Assembly (NCBI RefSeq): GCF_001194135.2
Contig: NC_068987.1
Span: 34,726,282-34,790,175, forward strand
DNA from: Octopus bimaculoides
Taxonomy: Eukaryota
Length of the DNA: 63,894 nt
Reading direction: 5' to 3'
This document shows positions 39,250 through 52,619 of this stretch, in pieces (within the stretch, counting starts at the first letter, position 1; every line of letters begins with the position of its first letter). The position numbers and the translations under genes were made by a program. Under the pieces are notes generated by a model, which was not told the origin of the DNA, searched no databases, and saw only the letters and a list, made by a program, of their open reading frames with translations.

Positions 39250-40430
39250 AGCTTTGTCGGATCCTTGTTTGTCAAAGACAAGTACGATGTGAAAACTCCA
39301 TCCTCTTAAAAACTTTTATGTATGAATATAACTATAGTACATGTATGATCTTGCAGATGATTACAAATAACAGATGCAGTTGCAATATCCTCGTACAAAA
39401 ATAGAGTACAGTGATTAATTGAAAGTTGTTTCTATGAGAGGATATGAATTGCTTGTGTATGAACAATCTCATATCAATCTTTCTGAAGTCAGTAAGTTTT
39501 AAACACAACTATTAAAGATTATTTCTACGACAACGAAGAATGTTCAAGAACTTAACTTGCTGCCTGAAAAATCATTCTACAATGCTAAAAACAGAAATGT
39601 CTATTTTATAAATAAATGGCATCTATTTCGTGATCCTCCTGCAGAGGATGAAGAAAAGATTCAGTACTGAACCGTCATATATTAATGCATGACAAAAAAT
39701 AAAATATCCTTGGCTACTGCTTTATCAGGCATTTCTACAAACTATATTTGCAGAAAGTGGAGTAACCCACTCTACATATTAATTAAATTTGAAATAAATT
39801 GATAATGATACACCAGTCTGTAATATTATAACATGAGGGTAAGTTGCATGTGCAAGCGCATGTCATTTTGCAGTTTCGAACAAGTTCACGGTGACAAGAA
39901 AAGCCAGATCTATATTGATTCTTACAAAATTTTAGAAATTGTGAAGTATAATGTGTGGACGTACTAATTTACTAACAGAAGATTTCATCATACTTTGTTA
40001 GCATTTTCAGTAAGTATTAAAACAGATGTGTTAATAGCTTGATTGATGTAATCTTACTTTATTTGCTACGCCTGCCACAATAATTTCTTCATTAGTAATG
40101 CTGAATTTAAGGCGAGATATCACCGTTGTGAAATACTGAAATTATGATCTATGTATCTACCTCATGGAATTTCAAATTGATCAGTGAGAGGTTGTCGTCA
40201 CTGGGGTCCATTCAGTAGTTGTTACTATTTAAGGAAGTTGAACATTATGATATATCCAAATGCTCTCTGCTTGTAATACGATCATTGTTGACAGATGATG
40301 CAATATATTTTACCTCCCAAAGAAAGTAACTATAAAATTTATCCTATCCGTTTATGGTTCATCCGATGTAATGAATCAATCTCTTTAGCGTGGAACTTTT
40401 GGATGGCTTCTACTTTTGTCTTGAGTTTGG
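39250..40430 (+). mobile_element. Ancient Helitron Rep/helicase fossil
   Basis: DPPAEDEEK..(24-residue spacing)..KISLATALSGI (cf. DAPGGTGK..KIALAVASSGI), DTPVCNII (ETPTCNIS), IMCGRTNLLTEDF (PMGGVTVLLAGDF), DVLIA*LM*SY (DEVNACLKSSY), IYPN..ILPPKE (VYPN..ILAPKN), VELLD (VEFLN), all in helicase order. Confidence 0.65.
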
Positions 40431-41048
40431 CACTATGAAAGGATCTTTACTAGGAAAGTAAATAAAACAATATAAACACTGAAGACGAATATTTTCTAAA
40501 GAATAAATATGACATCTTTTCTCTTATCTATAATACTCGAAGAACTGTGTTACCTTATCTCACAGACGTGCATTAATATAAATGTCATAGCTGTCACATC
40601 AGCCATCTAATGATTGTATTTTTGTTCTTTGCAGGTGATCAAGAAATATTCTTATTGCTACCTGGGATGTAATATCGATATGGGAAAGTTATACAATATT
40701 GGCAAATTATACATAAAAACCCATAAAACATCATTAACTTCGTGTAACAACTTTAGTTCCAATTCACCTTACATTTGAAATAAAACTTTGCTTCTCATTA
40801 ATTATGATTTGCTGTGTCTTAAAGAATTACAACATGCTCCCATTCATACAAAGTAATATAATGTTAATAACCAATATTTTACACTTAATCGTTCAATAAA
40901 TTCCATTTCCTATCGGGCTAGATTGGAGGTTTCAGAACTCCAAAGAAAGTTCTTGCAATATTATGTTATAATATAATACAGTAGAAATTCAAAGTTCATA
41001 TTTTCTGACATATAGGTAAAATTTATGCAGACGTTGGCAAACCCAGAC

Positions 41049-41170
<122 letters not shown>

Positions 41171-41422
41171 GACCGCCTGACCAGTGGAGTGTGTCGCTTA
41201 GAGGAAGTAAATGTCGTACCAAAGATTCCATAAGATAATATGTCGAAGGAGCATTATCGATTCCGGGGAGGCAATTTGCCGACGACGGCCATCCTCTAGT
41301 TTTACCGTCTCCGCCACCGCTGGTCGGTCTTTTTCCTTCTTCGTCGCGGGGCCAACCCATCCTCACCTTTGCAGTACGCATGATGCCGACCATGCGTAGC
41401 GTCTTTCGCTGCCACCTGCCCG

Positions 41423-41493
41423 ACATGATAACACTTCCAATCAGTTAAGCTGAGAAGCCATGTGAGCCACTGCCTGCTACTGCATCAGGGCAT
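41423..41493 (-). mobile_element. Family T element, 5' end only
   Basis: The reverse complement atgccctgatgcagtagcaggcagtggctcacatggcttctcagcttaactgattggaagtgttatcatgt matches 9490-9556 and 18791-18835. Confidence 0.8.
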
Positions 41494-41506
41494 TATTATT
41501 ATTATT

Positions 41507-41539
41507 CAGTAGTTTTATTTTTATAACGTGCTTTCACTT
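41507..41539 (-). mobile_element. R4/Dong-like 3' terminus (remainder lost at N-gap)
   Basis: cagtagttttattttttataacgtgctttcactt matches 46544-46576 apart from one T; preceded by (TTA)n. Confidence 0.85.
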
Positions 41540-41702
41540 NNNNNNNNNNAATGTTGCTTGTAACGGTTATTCATTTATTTTACTTAGCTTCATTTATAAT
41601 ATTTTTTCTTGTTTTTCTTTTGCTATTTTCAATAAATTTTATTTACAATGTAAAGTAAAAAGAAACAAAAAACTAATATCCCCGCCGTTCATATTCTTGT
41701 CC

Positions 41703-41704
<2 letters not shown>

Positions 41705-41785
<81 letters not shown>
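41705..41785. repeat. (TTA)n microsatellite
   Basis: Directly visible. Confidence 0.95.
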
Positions 41786-41787
<2 letters not shown>

Positions 41788-43500
41788 ATTATTATTATTA
41801 TTTGTGTTAGTAGTTGCAGCACCGAAACTATGGATGGGGATCAATCGGCTCATTCATCCATGAAAGTAGAGGCAATCCGCCTGAACTGATAAAAATTAAT
41901 CTGGCTGGAGCGAACATCGATGCCTCGAACGCACATTGCGTCCCAGGGATCTCTGGGCTTCATCGCCACCGTTGGCGCTAGCGGGCCATCGAAAATTACA
42001 AGAAACACCTACGGTCAGCGCCGCCGTGGCAAGCTCACCGTTCACTTGACATACGCCTCTCAATCCTGCGTCTCCCGCTTTGCCAGAGAGCCATCTTCAA
42101 CCGGCCTCCTGGGGGTGGGAGGAAACTGAACGGCACAGAGAGAAACAAAGATATAGAACTAACACGACTTCTCTCGGGGAAGAATCCGTGACATCCTTCT
42201 GCTGCCGCAGCAACCGCCCGTCCCCCAACGCCACCTGCACAGTGGCAGTTCCCACTTCCTATATTCCTTCTCCTCTCTTTATGCTGCCGTCGTAGTTATG
42301 CGTTCAATCTATGCGTCATCATACGAGCGTTTATGCTCATGGACGAGGCCTACTCTCCGCCGCCGTTGATGAGGTGTCGTCGTCTGTGCTTTTCTCTAAC
42401 GCCTCCTACCACGCTGCCCTCGACTCGGATGAAACCGCCCACCGAACTTAAATAATATCGCTAAGCGATACAAAAACTGCTACAAGTTCCACACGAACTC
42501 CTGTTTAAATCGAGCCTCAAGACACTCTACGTCCCTTGTACACACTTTACAAATTTCAAGTCATGAAATGTTCCATATACAAAATCTCACGTCTCGAAAT
42601 GATCCATATAACTTTGAGATGTTTCCTCTTGCAAAACTAACCTCCATGTTTACAAATCTCGTTTCAGGAAACGGCTTGCTTTTCTTCGCCACTATAACAC
42701 ATCATTAATCAATAGTTTCTTTGATGTAATCTTCTTATGTATGCACAAATGTTATTCCTCTAATAACCATTTTGCAAACCTTCTTCTTGTACCGTCCTCC
42801 ATATCTCAGCATAACTTCCTCTACCTTCATTCCTTGAATTATTTCTTTGCATTTTCTTATTTTTACATCTATAATCAGATCCCATCCCTATTTGCTTTAA
42901 TACCTGATCCTCTCTATTCTCCTTGTACGTTCCTCCCTACCTCAGCAGCCCACTCTTGTTCCTTACCTCTTTCTAAGTCTCTCTATAACCAGAAACAATC
43001 CTGATTGATTTCACCTCGGTTTAGTGACATACCCAACAACCAGTGATGCTTCCTTTCACAATACTGACCTATCTTAGCACCTCCCATTATTTTTCCAGCT
43101 CTCTTCTGGTCACTTACCCGATTACTGACCTCCCACCCCCTTTTTCTTTTCCCATTTGAATCTCTCACACAAAGATAAGAACTGCGATTTGCCATTTTTT
43201 GACTCCTAACGAAAGATGCCGGTCGTATATTAATATCTGTATGCAACCATTTACTACTTGCTTATATTTGGCTTTTCGCACATTCCATCTGCTAACTATG
43301 ACCATCAAAATTATTATATGACTCCAAGCTCCCAGAAACAATTATCGAGTTCAAAATACTATGCATCCTCTCTCTTTCATCCTGCATAATTTATGTCCGA
43401 TGCAAATTTAAATTGCTTTGTCGACATATATACAAATATCTATATGCTTGTAAACATGTGTATACCTACTGAAAACTATTAGTTATTTGTATCTTTTAGT

Positions 43501-43835
43501 CTTTTATTCTTTTACTTGTTACAGTCAATTGACAGCGGCCATGCTGGAGCACCGACTTTAGTCGAACAAAGCAACCCCAGGATTTATTCTTTGTAAGCTT
43601 AGTACTTATCTTATCGGTCACTTTTGCCGAAGTGCTACGTTACGGGGATGTAAACACACCAGCATCGGTCGTCAAGCGATGGCGATGGGACAAACACAGA
43701 AAAACAGATATATGCATATATATATAAATATATACACACACAAGGCTTTGGTGGGCCTGAGAGGACACTTGACCAAGGTGCCACGCAGTGGGACTGAACC
43801 CGAAACCGTATGGTTTGGAAGCAAGCTTCTTATCA
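43501..43835 (-). mobile_element. SINE family A, near-complete
   Basis: The 3' domain, central (TA)n and head (caaggtgccacgcagtgggactgaaccc) are collinear with 55965-56353. Confidence 0.9.
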
Positions 43836-43997
43836 TATATCTACGTGTATCGATACGTGTATGGATAACAGCTTACCTGGGCTTGTGTTATTGTCACATT
43901 TTACTCATTCGGCCTATTCATTGATCGGGAATTCACAGCCAAGTTTGCAATCATTTGAGCACTACAACGTGTTTTCTCTATTGAGCATCTCTACCCA

Positions 43998-44033
<36 letters not shown>

Positions 44034-44049
44034 TCTTTCTCTCTCTCTC

Positions 44050-44082
<33 letters not shown>

Positions 44083-44559
44083 NNNNNNNNNNTATATATG
44101 TCTTTCTCTCTTAGACAACACACTCACTCAACTTACTTTTATCAAGAGTAGAATGCCAGCATGCCATAGATATCTGCTGATTCGAAGGCTTTCGTTGTAG
44201 GAAACATTATTTTAATTTCATGTGCAATTGAATAAAAATAGAAAACTTAAAATAATTATACTTAAATTTCTCCCACCATATACTCTGATTTAAAATATCT
44301 CCTGCAAGCTTGATCAATTTTCGTTTTATATAATATTTCCCGTATTGGTTTCCTTTTGTGAACTTCGAACGTACATCCTTTCAAAAGTGAGAACAATCAA
44401 ATTTGTTATTTCAAAGCATGGGATTTATTTCCATAGATATTAAAACGTGAATTTATTCAGTTGCAAAGTAGTTTACATTTCTTAATCTATAAATGTATGT
44501 GGGTACACTCTATTAATTACAAACAACAAAACCAATGGTAAGTTTACTAGAAACGGAAT

Positions 44560-45140
44560 CCCAATGAAGAACTGTCATGCAATATCAATCTATGATATAT
44601 ATAACAACATTACAATAAACCACGAAAGTAAAATACTTTAAACAAGGTTGAACCTACATGAGCGTGAATTTCAATGAAGATCAAATTTGAAGCTCTAGGA
44701 GATGCACAATTTCACATTCAACGACATATATACAAAAGAAACAATAAGCACATGAAAACGAATACATCCTGTCTACATTCATTAACAAACATCATTACAG
44801 TTCCGATACCTAGTATCTATAATTTAATCCCTCATTATAACAGTGTTAAATACATGGATGATTTTGGAAATAAGTAGAGAAAAATCAGAAGCTAAACACT
44901 ATGTCTACACCTGCATATACTTACAAAAGAGAGATAACAAATATCATTTTTCAAACATAAACATTTACATATTCTATGGCTTTCAAACCACCCCAGAAGT
45001 ATATAGAAGACAAAATCCATAAAACATTAATAAGAACTTGCAAACTAAACATGTTCAACGGAGGACATTGACATAGTAGAAAATTTGAGATGGAAATATA
45101 TGAAATGGAAAATAATAACCTAAAGGAAACTCAACTTAAG
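44560..45140 (+). mobile_element. Old Penelope-like RT remnant
   Basis: HNFTFNDIYTK (cf. N.F.FN..Y.Q) and LHSLTNII..SVKYMDDF (cf. LSP.LANI..RYVDD.F). Confidence 0.4.
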
Positions 45141-45851
45141 CATATGTAATATGTGTGTGTGCGCGCGCACGTCTGTTATTGCATTTGTGTGTGAGTGTGT
45201 GTGGAAATAGTGTGGAAATATGTATTGTAACTATAAATACGTATATTCACGTGTATGTTTAAAAATAATGGGCTATATACATTATAATGTGCCTTATAGA
45301 CTTACATCTGTTTCAAATATAGTTTTGGCATGCGTTCGTGGTTACATTTAAACAATCAATCGATTGTTGCCATATATAATGATCAGAGTCAAACGTAGAC
45401 AATAGCATTACGATCGTCGTTCACTATATTCTCAATTGATCAATCAACTGAATAATTGATTTAATCATGAATGTAAACCAAAGAAAATGCATATCTAAAA
45501 CTGCTGTTAGTCTACATAGCACAGATAAATGCATAAACCCGAGTATTTTTCCACATTTTGTATTATAACGTGTTTAATTATTTATGCAAAAATACATTTT
45601 GTCAGTCGATTTTTTAAGACAGTTTCCAAACATTGTGGCATGGTGTAATTGTATCCGTAGATCCACTGTGTATTGCAGGATTGCTTTATATTTACCCTTC
45701 ACTTAGTATTAGAGAAAAAATAGCACTAGATATAAACAAATAAGTAATTTGGGGCTAGAAATAAAGCGGGAAGACGTGAAACGTTTCGAGGCATATATCT
45801 TAAGCAAAATCTGTAATAAGCCCGACCGATGCTGATGACCTATCGTCACCT

Positions 45852-45891
<40 letters not shown>

Positions 45892-45971
45892 TTCAAAAAA
45901 ACAATAACAAAAACAACAAAGTGAGGACGTGATAGGGATAGTGTTATTGGACGCTCAGGAAAGGAAAGAAA

Positions 45972-46012
45972 GAGCGTATGACGTTTCGGGCGTAGCCCTT
46001 CGTCGGAAAGAT
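45972..46012 (-). ncRNA. Hammerhead-like motif in the PLE 3' tail (stem I disrupted)
   Basis: CUUU-CCGACGA-A-GGGC(UAC)GCCC-GAA-ACGU-C; palindromic stem III ACGU; GUC triplet. Confidence 0.5.
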
Positions 46013-46543
46013 GGAAAGTTCGGAGAATGGAAGAACGGAGAAAGAGGAAAATGGTATATATATATAGGTAAACTTATATAAATAATTTAACTTATGTCTA
46101 CATTCAATTTTATGTTCATTTAGAGAATTAAACATCCTTTTTATTACTAGTTAATAATATCTCCTTAATTTCATTAGTACATAATAAACAAATATTACTA
46201 CCTATTCGATATTATTTTGCCTTACAACACCTCTCAATTTAAATTGTACTTAATATTTTTAGATTTTAGTTCCCATGCATATTTACTAAGGCCAGTAGAA
46301 TTAATTAACCTCCTATTCTTAAAAGAATTCATGTGTTGAGCCACCCGTGATTTAATTTTATTAGAAGTCGACTCTACGTAAATAGTACTTAAATTATAAC
46401 TATTCCTATTATTATCATCAATCAAAGTCACTACACATTTATAAACTACATCCTCCAGATTTATTATGAAATTTACATTTAGTTTTATCTCTACATGTAC
46501 TATTAATTATATTCTCGACTATATTATTATTATTATTATTATT

Positions 46544-47161
46544 CAGTAGTTTTATTTTTATAACGTGCTTTCACTTCACTACCGAGCGCAGCTCTGTGCG
46601 CCTTGGGTATGTGCTGTGGTTTGCTGTGGTGCTCTTATGTTTACTGTATTGAAAGTGTTTTGCGTAGAATGTGTGCAGTACCCAGTAGTGCAATTTTCTG
46701 TATGTTATATATATTTGTAAGTCCTGGTGTTTTTGTTATGTATTTGTCTGAATATTTTTTTATTATACCTAAGGCACCTACTATGATAGGAATTGTTTCT
46801 GTTTTTAGATTCCACATTCGAGTTATCTCTATTTCCNNNNNNNNNNCCTTAATTTCTCTATCTGTGTGTATTGGCATATCCCAGAGTATGGTTGCTTTCT
46901 CGTTTTCTGTGACCTTTTCTGGCGTGTGTTTATACCATCTTTTTTCTGTTGCTATTCCATAATGTTGGCATAGCTTCCAGTGTAAATAGGTCCCAGCTCT
47001 GTCGTGTCTGTGAATATATTCCTTCTTAGCCAGGACTGGGCAGCCAGAGATAATATGATTTATTGTTTCTTGTCGATCTCCACATATTCTACAGTTACTT
47101 GTTATATTTCTTTTCATTATGTGTTTTTGGTAATTTCTGGTGGGGAGGCTTTGGTCTTGTG
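46544..47161 (-). mobile_element. 5'-truncated R4/Dong-like element within (TAA)n
   Basis: QDQSLP..CRICGDRQETINHIISGCPVLAKKEYIHRHDRAGTYLHWKLC..ILWDMPIHTDREIK..TIPIIVGALG..QKIALLGTAHILRKTLSIQ; (TAT)n on both flanks. Confidence 0.93.
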
Positions 47162-49269
47162 TATTATTATTATTATCATTATTATTATTATTGTTATTAT
47201 TATTATTGGAATAATTATTAGATTTGTTTTTGTAAAACTTATTTAGCTCAAATTTATTAAAAGAAGAAATAATATTACCAAAATTATTAGTAGAAGAATA
47301 ACCAACTCTAATATTACCAACATTATTAGAATTAGAATAACCAACTAATTATTATAAAAAACTGTTATTATATTTTTTTATTATCTCTAATGAGTACTTC
47401 AATTATATTTAAAACCTCTTTAATAATGTTTGTTTCAACTTCAACTCCTTAGGGAACAATTAACCAGATTTTGTGCTTGTTATTTTTAATATTATATCTA
47501 TTTTTTATTCTATTAAATTTATCATTATCATTCAAGGAATTAAATTTAATCTTATTTTTAGTCTATTATTACTATATTTATGTTTTGTATTATCATAATA
47601 CTTATTATTAATACCATAATTAGCTAAAGAAAACTTAGCATAATTCTTAATGTTAGGCTTATAATTATAAAACAAAATGTAGGAATCATTTATATTATCA
47701 TCTATTATATCATAATTATATTTAGAATTATTAAACAATGTAATATCATCATTATATCACGCCTCCTGCAGGGCTTCATTATCAGGTGCGTGTTTTTGGA
47801 AAATCTCAAAATTAGAAGAAAGCAACGATCTTCTTTTACGTATATTATCTGTCAACGATGTCTTAATTAAGAGTGGATGATTGCTATTAGAATCAATATA
47901 TCTAAGGTTCTCATTAATTTTATGGAACGTCTGGGTTTACTTGTTATTAAATTAAAATTATTATCGAAGGAATAAACATTGTAGGTTTCATTATATATAG
48001 TAATATATATATTCTATATAGTAATCCAATTCTTTTTAAAAATATATTGTTTCTTCTTATATAATTCTAGAGTTATATTGGTGCAATTCTTAGTTATTGA
48101 TATAAGGTCATCCCTATATAAACCACCCTCCAACTTCAAATTTTTTAATTGAAGTTCGATAATAAATAAATACCTACTAAATCAGTTGCTTGTACAGAAT
48201 CGGGTGCCCCATAGGTATATCAAAATAGTCCCTATTTTCTAGCCCACAATTTATTATTATATCTAATCAACGATTTCCTAACCGTTTTAATTATATTAAC
48301 TTAATCATAAGTCATTCCTAACTTATTCATTGCGTAAATTAGGCCCTTATTAAATACAGTCTCATTAATTGAAAAATAATAATTATCTGTATCTATTTGA
48401 ATGAATTTATATCTATTCTTATCTTGAATATTATTAAACCATTTTAAAGTATCATTAGTGCTAGTCCAAAGTTTAATGTAATTAATTTCATTTAATCTAT
48501 TAATATATTTATCTAAAATGATCTTACTTAATTTACATATATATGTTTTACATGGACAAATAAGTTTAACTCTTGGGTCAGAATAACAATTATCTTTATG
48601 TTTTTTATGTTTTTTTAAAGTAATTCTAGAGTGCATAGGTGCATAAGGTTCATTGTTATTATCTAATATATATTTGAACATGATTAATTTATAGGCCTTA
48701 TTTATATTATAAAGAGTATTTTCTGGAACAATTTTATACTTTTATTTGTTTTTCTCTGAAAGGTTATAATATACTTTAACATCTAGTATTGGAATCGAAT
48801 TTATTTCAAATATAGCCATGAAACGCGCGTAGTCATTNNNNNNNNNNNNNNNNNNNNNNNNNNNNNNNNNNNNNNNNNNNNNNNNNNNNNNNNNNNNNNN
48901 NNNNNNNNNNNNNNNNNNNNNNNNNNNNNNNNNNNNNNNNNNNNNNNNNNNNNNNNNNNNNNNNNNNNNNNNNNNNNNNNNNNNNNNNNNNNNNNNNNNN
49001 NNNNNNNNNNNNNNNNNNNNNNNNNNNNNNNNNNNNNNNNNNNNNNNNNNNNNNNNNNNNNNNNNNNNNNNNNNNNNNNNNNNNNNNNNNNNNNNNNNNN
49101 NNNNNNNNNNNNNNNNNNNNNNNNNNNNNNNNNNNNNNNNNNNNNNNNNNNNNNNNNNNNNNNNNNNNNNNNNNNNNNNNNNNNNNNNNNNNNNNNNNNN
49201 NNNNNNNNNNNNNNNNATATGTATAGGTGTATATATGTATATATATGTATTCATATATGTATATATATG

Positions 49270-49341
<72 letters not shown>

Positions 49342-50910
49342 AACAGAATACCTATATTTGTAGTTGTGAAGTATTGTCTTTATGCCATTTTATATTAATA
49401 TGTTAAGTATCTCTTGAACCGAATTACTTTGACTGTAAGTGGCAGTTATAATTCTAAGCTTGTTCTCTTTTCAAATCTTGATTATCCTATTCAATGATGA
49501 TAAATACAATAAAAGAATTAAATAGTAAGTGAAATTCCACAATGAAGAACAGAGTACGGCGTACAATGTTACATTTTTTGTCAAGTATTATTTGTTACTA
49601 TTTTATATATTTAGTCCACTAGTATGCTCTTATTTAGTTTCCATCTTTGTCTTTACTTTATTTCATTCTTCTGGGCGATAAGCTGTAGATGCTTATATAT
49701 AACTCTGTAAAAATTTTACAGGATTTTATGTGAAATATATCATATAAGAGAAAAACTTTATTATTTATAATAGTATTCTCATTTACGTAAGAAGTTAAAA
49801 TAATAACCTTTTAAAGATTTAATACATACGAATTTTGTTGTTGATGCCACTTCATAAAATTCAAGTTTTCGAATGTTATTTATGTAGTATTAGACCATAT
49901 TAAGCGGTATGAACTAATAACGCTGGTCGTACAACGAATAGCTTTCAACATATTTCCTTTCAATTCAGTATTAAAATCAAAAACGGAACAATGGAGTACT
50001 CTAAAGTTTATGTTAATAACAATTTTCTAGTTTTATCCTTAGTGTTTTAAATCATTTTTAGAAGATAGATAGGTTACAAAGATGAAGCTAAAAAGAAAAA
50101 TAAATAAGTAAATGAAAGTCAACAGTTAGCCACAAAATTAATGGATTTCTGAGTTGGTGAAATTTCAGACAGTAGATAAAATGTATAAGTAAATGGAAAA
50201 AATAGTTGTCATTTCAGCAAAACTAAAATTAAGATATATCAGTGAGTGTATCATTATGTGCCGTTAAATTATTGTTTTATTTTTTGGAGGAAATGAAAGT
50301 TAAATCACTTAGTGCTGCTATCAGTTTTTAATGAGAAAAAATGTCGACCTCAACAGATATATCGAAGATCAAAGCAAATTTTCTTAGGCTTGCACATTAT
50401 TTCTCGTTGTTGGTGTCATTTATGGAGCTATTTATGTGACTAACTCGGAAAGCTGCAAGACAAGATAACATTTATTCAAAATTAAATTATTGCTTATATT
50501 ATTTGATCTCAATTTTATACACGCATGAATGTAAATTAGGCATTCATATCACAAAAAAGCAAAGAGTGATATATAAATATTAGGCTTTGACCGTCAGATA
50601 TAAACTTTAATGTTTAAATTTAATATTCCAAGATATGCAAATTGTGATGAACAAAGTGTAACCATATTAAGCTATTATGATTATATTTGCACTTAAATAA
50701 GGTCTACTTAAATCGCTGTTTCAGAAAGAAAAAATATATTTCTACTTTGCAAACAAATGAGTAAATAATTCATTTCCAAAACTGAGATAAGCGGTAAACA
50801 ATATCAGAAATGAAGGGAATGTAAATGACAGGCAAGTTACGTTGAATACACTATGAAATAATTTACGTTACGTGGACATAAGCAAACCAACACTAGTTGA
50901 TCACCTGGGG

Positions 50911-50946
<36 letters not shown>

Positions 50947-51950
50947 TATTCGTTTGGCAAAGAAGTAATTTCAGTTTTTTAATTTGAAATAAAAGTCATG
51001 AGCATTAATCAATTATATATTTTCCATTTTGTTCGACAAACTTTTACCATCTTCTGGCAATTTCATAATTCCGCGTTCATAAAACGTTTGGTCCTTAGCT
51101 AAAAACTTAAGCAAGTGCGATTTCCCGTCACCCTCAATTTTAAAATTTTATCATTCAAAGGATTTTGAAAATATCAAAATAAATAGTAATCTGATAGTGC
51201 AAATTCAGAGTTATAGGATGGATGAGACCTCACTTAACAACCAAGCTCGAATACTTTTTCACGAGTAGCAGAGATGTGTGTGCTCTAGCGTCGTCATGGT
51301 GGAACACGATTCCTTTCCGATTTGACTTTTCTGGCTCTTTGTCTTCGATTGCTTCCTCTCCTCCAGTTTCATTAGTTATTGACCGTAAATATCTGAATTG
51401 GTCGTTTGGTAACTTGGTAGCAGCTCAAAATGCACAACACTTTTGTAATACCACCAACTTTAGAGCATGACCTCTTTGTAATGCAATTCACATTTCGATG
51501 TGGTTTGTGCTGGATCATTACGCTTAGAGCATGATTATTTTTCATTGATGCCATTCTATGCACGCCATGTTTTCATTACCAGTGATTATTCGTTTAAACA
51601 AAGGTCGATTTAAGTGCGTTTGAGATGTATATCGCAAATATAGATTCGTTGTGTTAAGTGAATCTCTTTCAATTCGTGTGGAACCCAAACATCGATCTTC
51701 TTAACGAGTCCAAGATATTTTAAATGACCTTCAATTGTGTCTTATACATTTAACCTCCCTGCAATCTCTCGCACAGTTAAATGATTCGGCTTTGATTCGG
51801 TTATCAACATCAGTAGGTCGACCAGAACGTTGGTCATCTTTGAGTGAAAAATCTCGAGAACAGAATTTTTGAACCATTACTGGTATGTGCGTTTTGTTAA
51901 TCAGTCAACACCATGAACTTCACATATTTGTTTGTGTTTAGCATCACCCC
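50947..51950 (-). mobile_element. Mariner transposon fossil (3' TIR present, 5' end missing)
   Basis: WFKKF..SLKDDQRSGRP, DVWVPHELKE, KRIITGNE, RKGIVFHHDDARAHTS, YERGIMKLPE; TIR-like tattcgtttggcaaagaagtaatttcagttttt at 50947; frameshifts and stops. Confidence 0.92.
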
Positions 51951-52619
51951 TGCTCAGGTTCTTTCTGATCAACGTCACCACACCTGGCTCGCAGACTTAG
52001 TAATTCTCCCATTCTGCTGCCAGTTCGCGTAAACGCTGGCCAGTAGGTACCCGAACATTCTGGCATACTTTTATACAATTCTCTATATTTATTAAATACA
52101 AAGAGCCTTTACGTTTTAACTAGTGTATTAAATAATTACATGTAGCAATTCGTTTATAGTAACTGCTGGTTATTCGGTTGGCCCATATTTAATATTGAAT
52201 TTAAATTCCTGTCCATAAAGAAGCTTGTGATTAATTTTTGTTCACTGTTGTTACATCTATTTATTTTTAATATTAATGGGCATTGTTTTGCTTATTTGAA
52301 GAAAATGTTTCCTAATTCCTTTGAAATTTACACAAAAATTGCGGATTAAAAAGTTTTTGTAGCGAAATTAAAACAACATTTTAAATGCGAAAATGCAAGT
52401 TTTAGATTAACGTTGTTCAATCGTATCTGATATTATCATCATGCCACTGTGTTGGTCGTTGTTACTTTGTTAGTTTGTGTGTTTTACAAAAGCATTTTCT
52501 AATGAAAAACAAAAAACTTTAAGATTGTGCATTCATTACATCATTATCTCCATCCTCATTATTGTCATCAGCTTCACCATTACTATTGTTGAATTTGTTC
52601 TTGTTGCTTAACTCAACAT

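Larger units (their letters stand above)
41171..42460. other. Two CpG/GC-rich blocks (41171-41422, 41830-42460), probably retroelement-derived; weak gypsy-Gag-like peptide
   Basis: Abrupt rise in GC and CpG; the + strand peptide YAHGRGLLSAAVDEVSSSVLFSNASYHAAL loosely resembles gypsy Gag N-termini; no LTR pair or PBS found. Confidence 0.3.
45900..48837 (-). mobile_element. Penelope-like element (RT to GIY-YIG to 3' tail), interrupted by a Dong insertion at 46544-47161; continues into the N-gap
   Basis: SRITLKKHK..DPRVKLICPCKTYICKLSKIILDK..WTSTNDTLKWFNNIQDKNRYKFIQID (PLE RT N-part), GGLYRDD (YRDD at 48107-48118), TCRDKTKC..VVYKCVV, IYVESTSNKIKSRVAQHMNSFKN..NSTGLSKYAWELKSKNIKYNLN (GIY-YIG). Confidence 0.9.

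Noticed and set aside
45832-45850. CTGATGA (also at 58646-58652) on the + strand
   Set aside because: No stem II plus GAAA downstream.
52171-52400. Possible second older mariner 3' end
   Set aside because: Only a short TIR-like string and a vague peptide.
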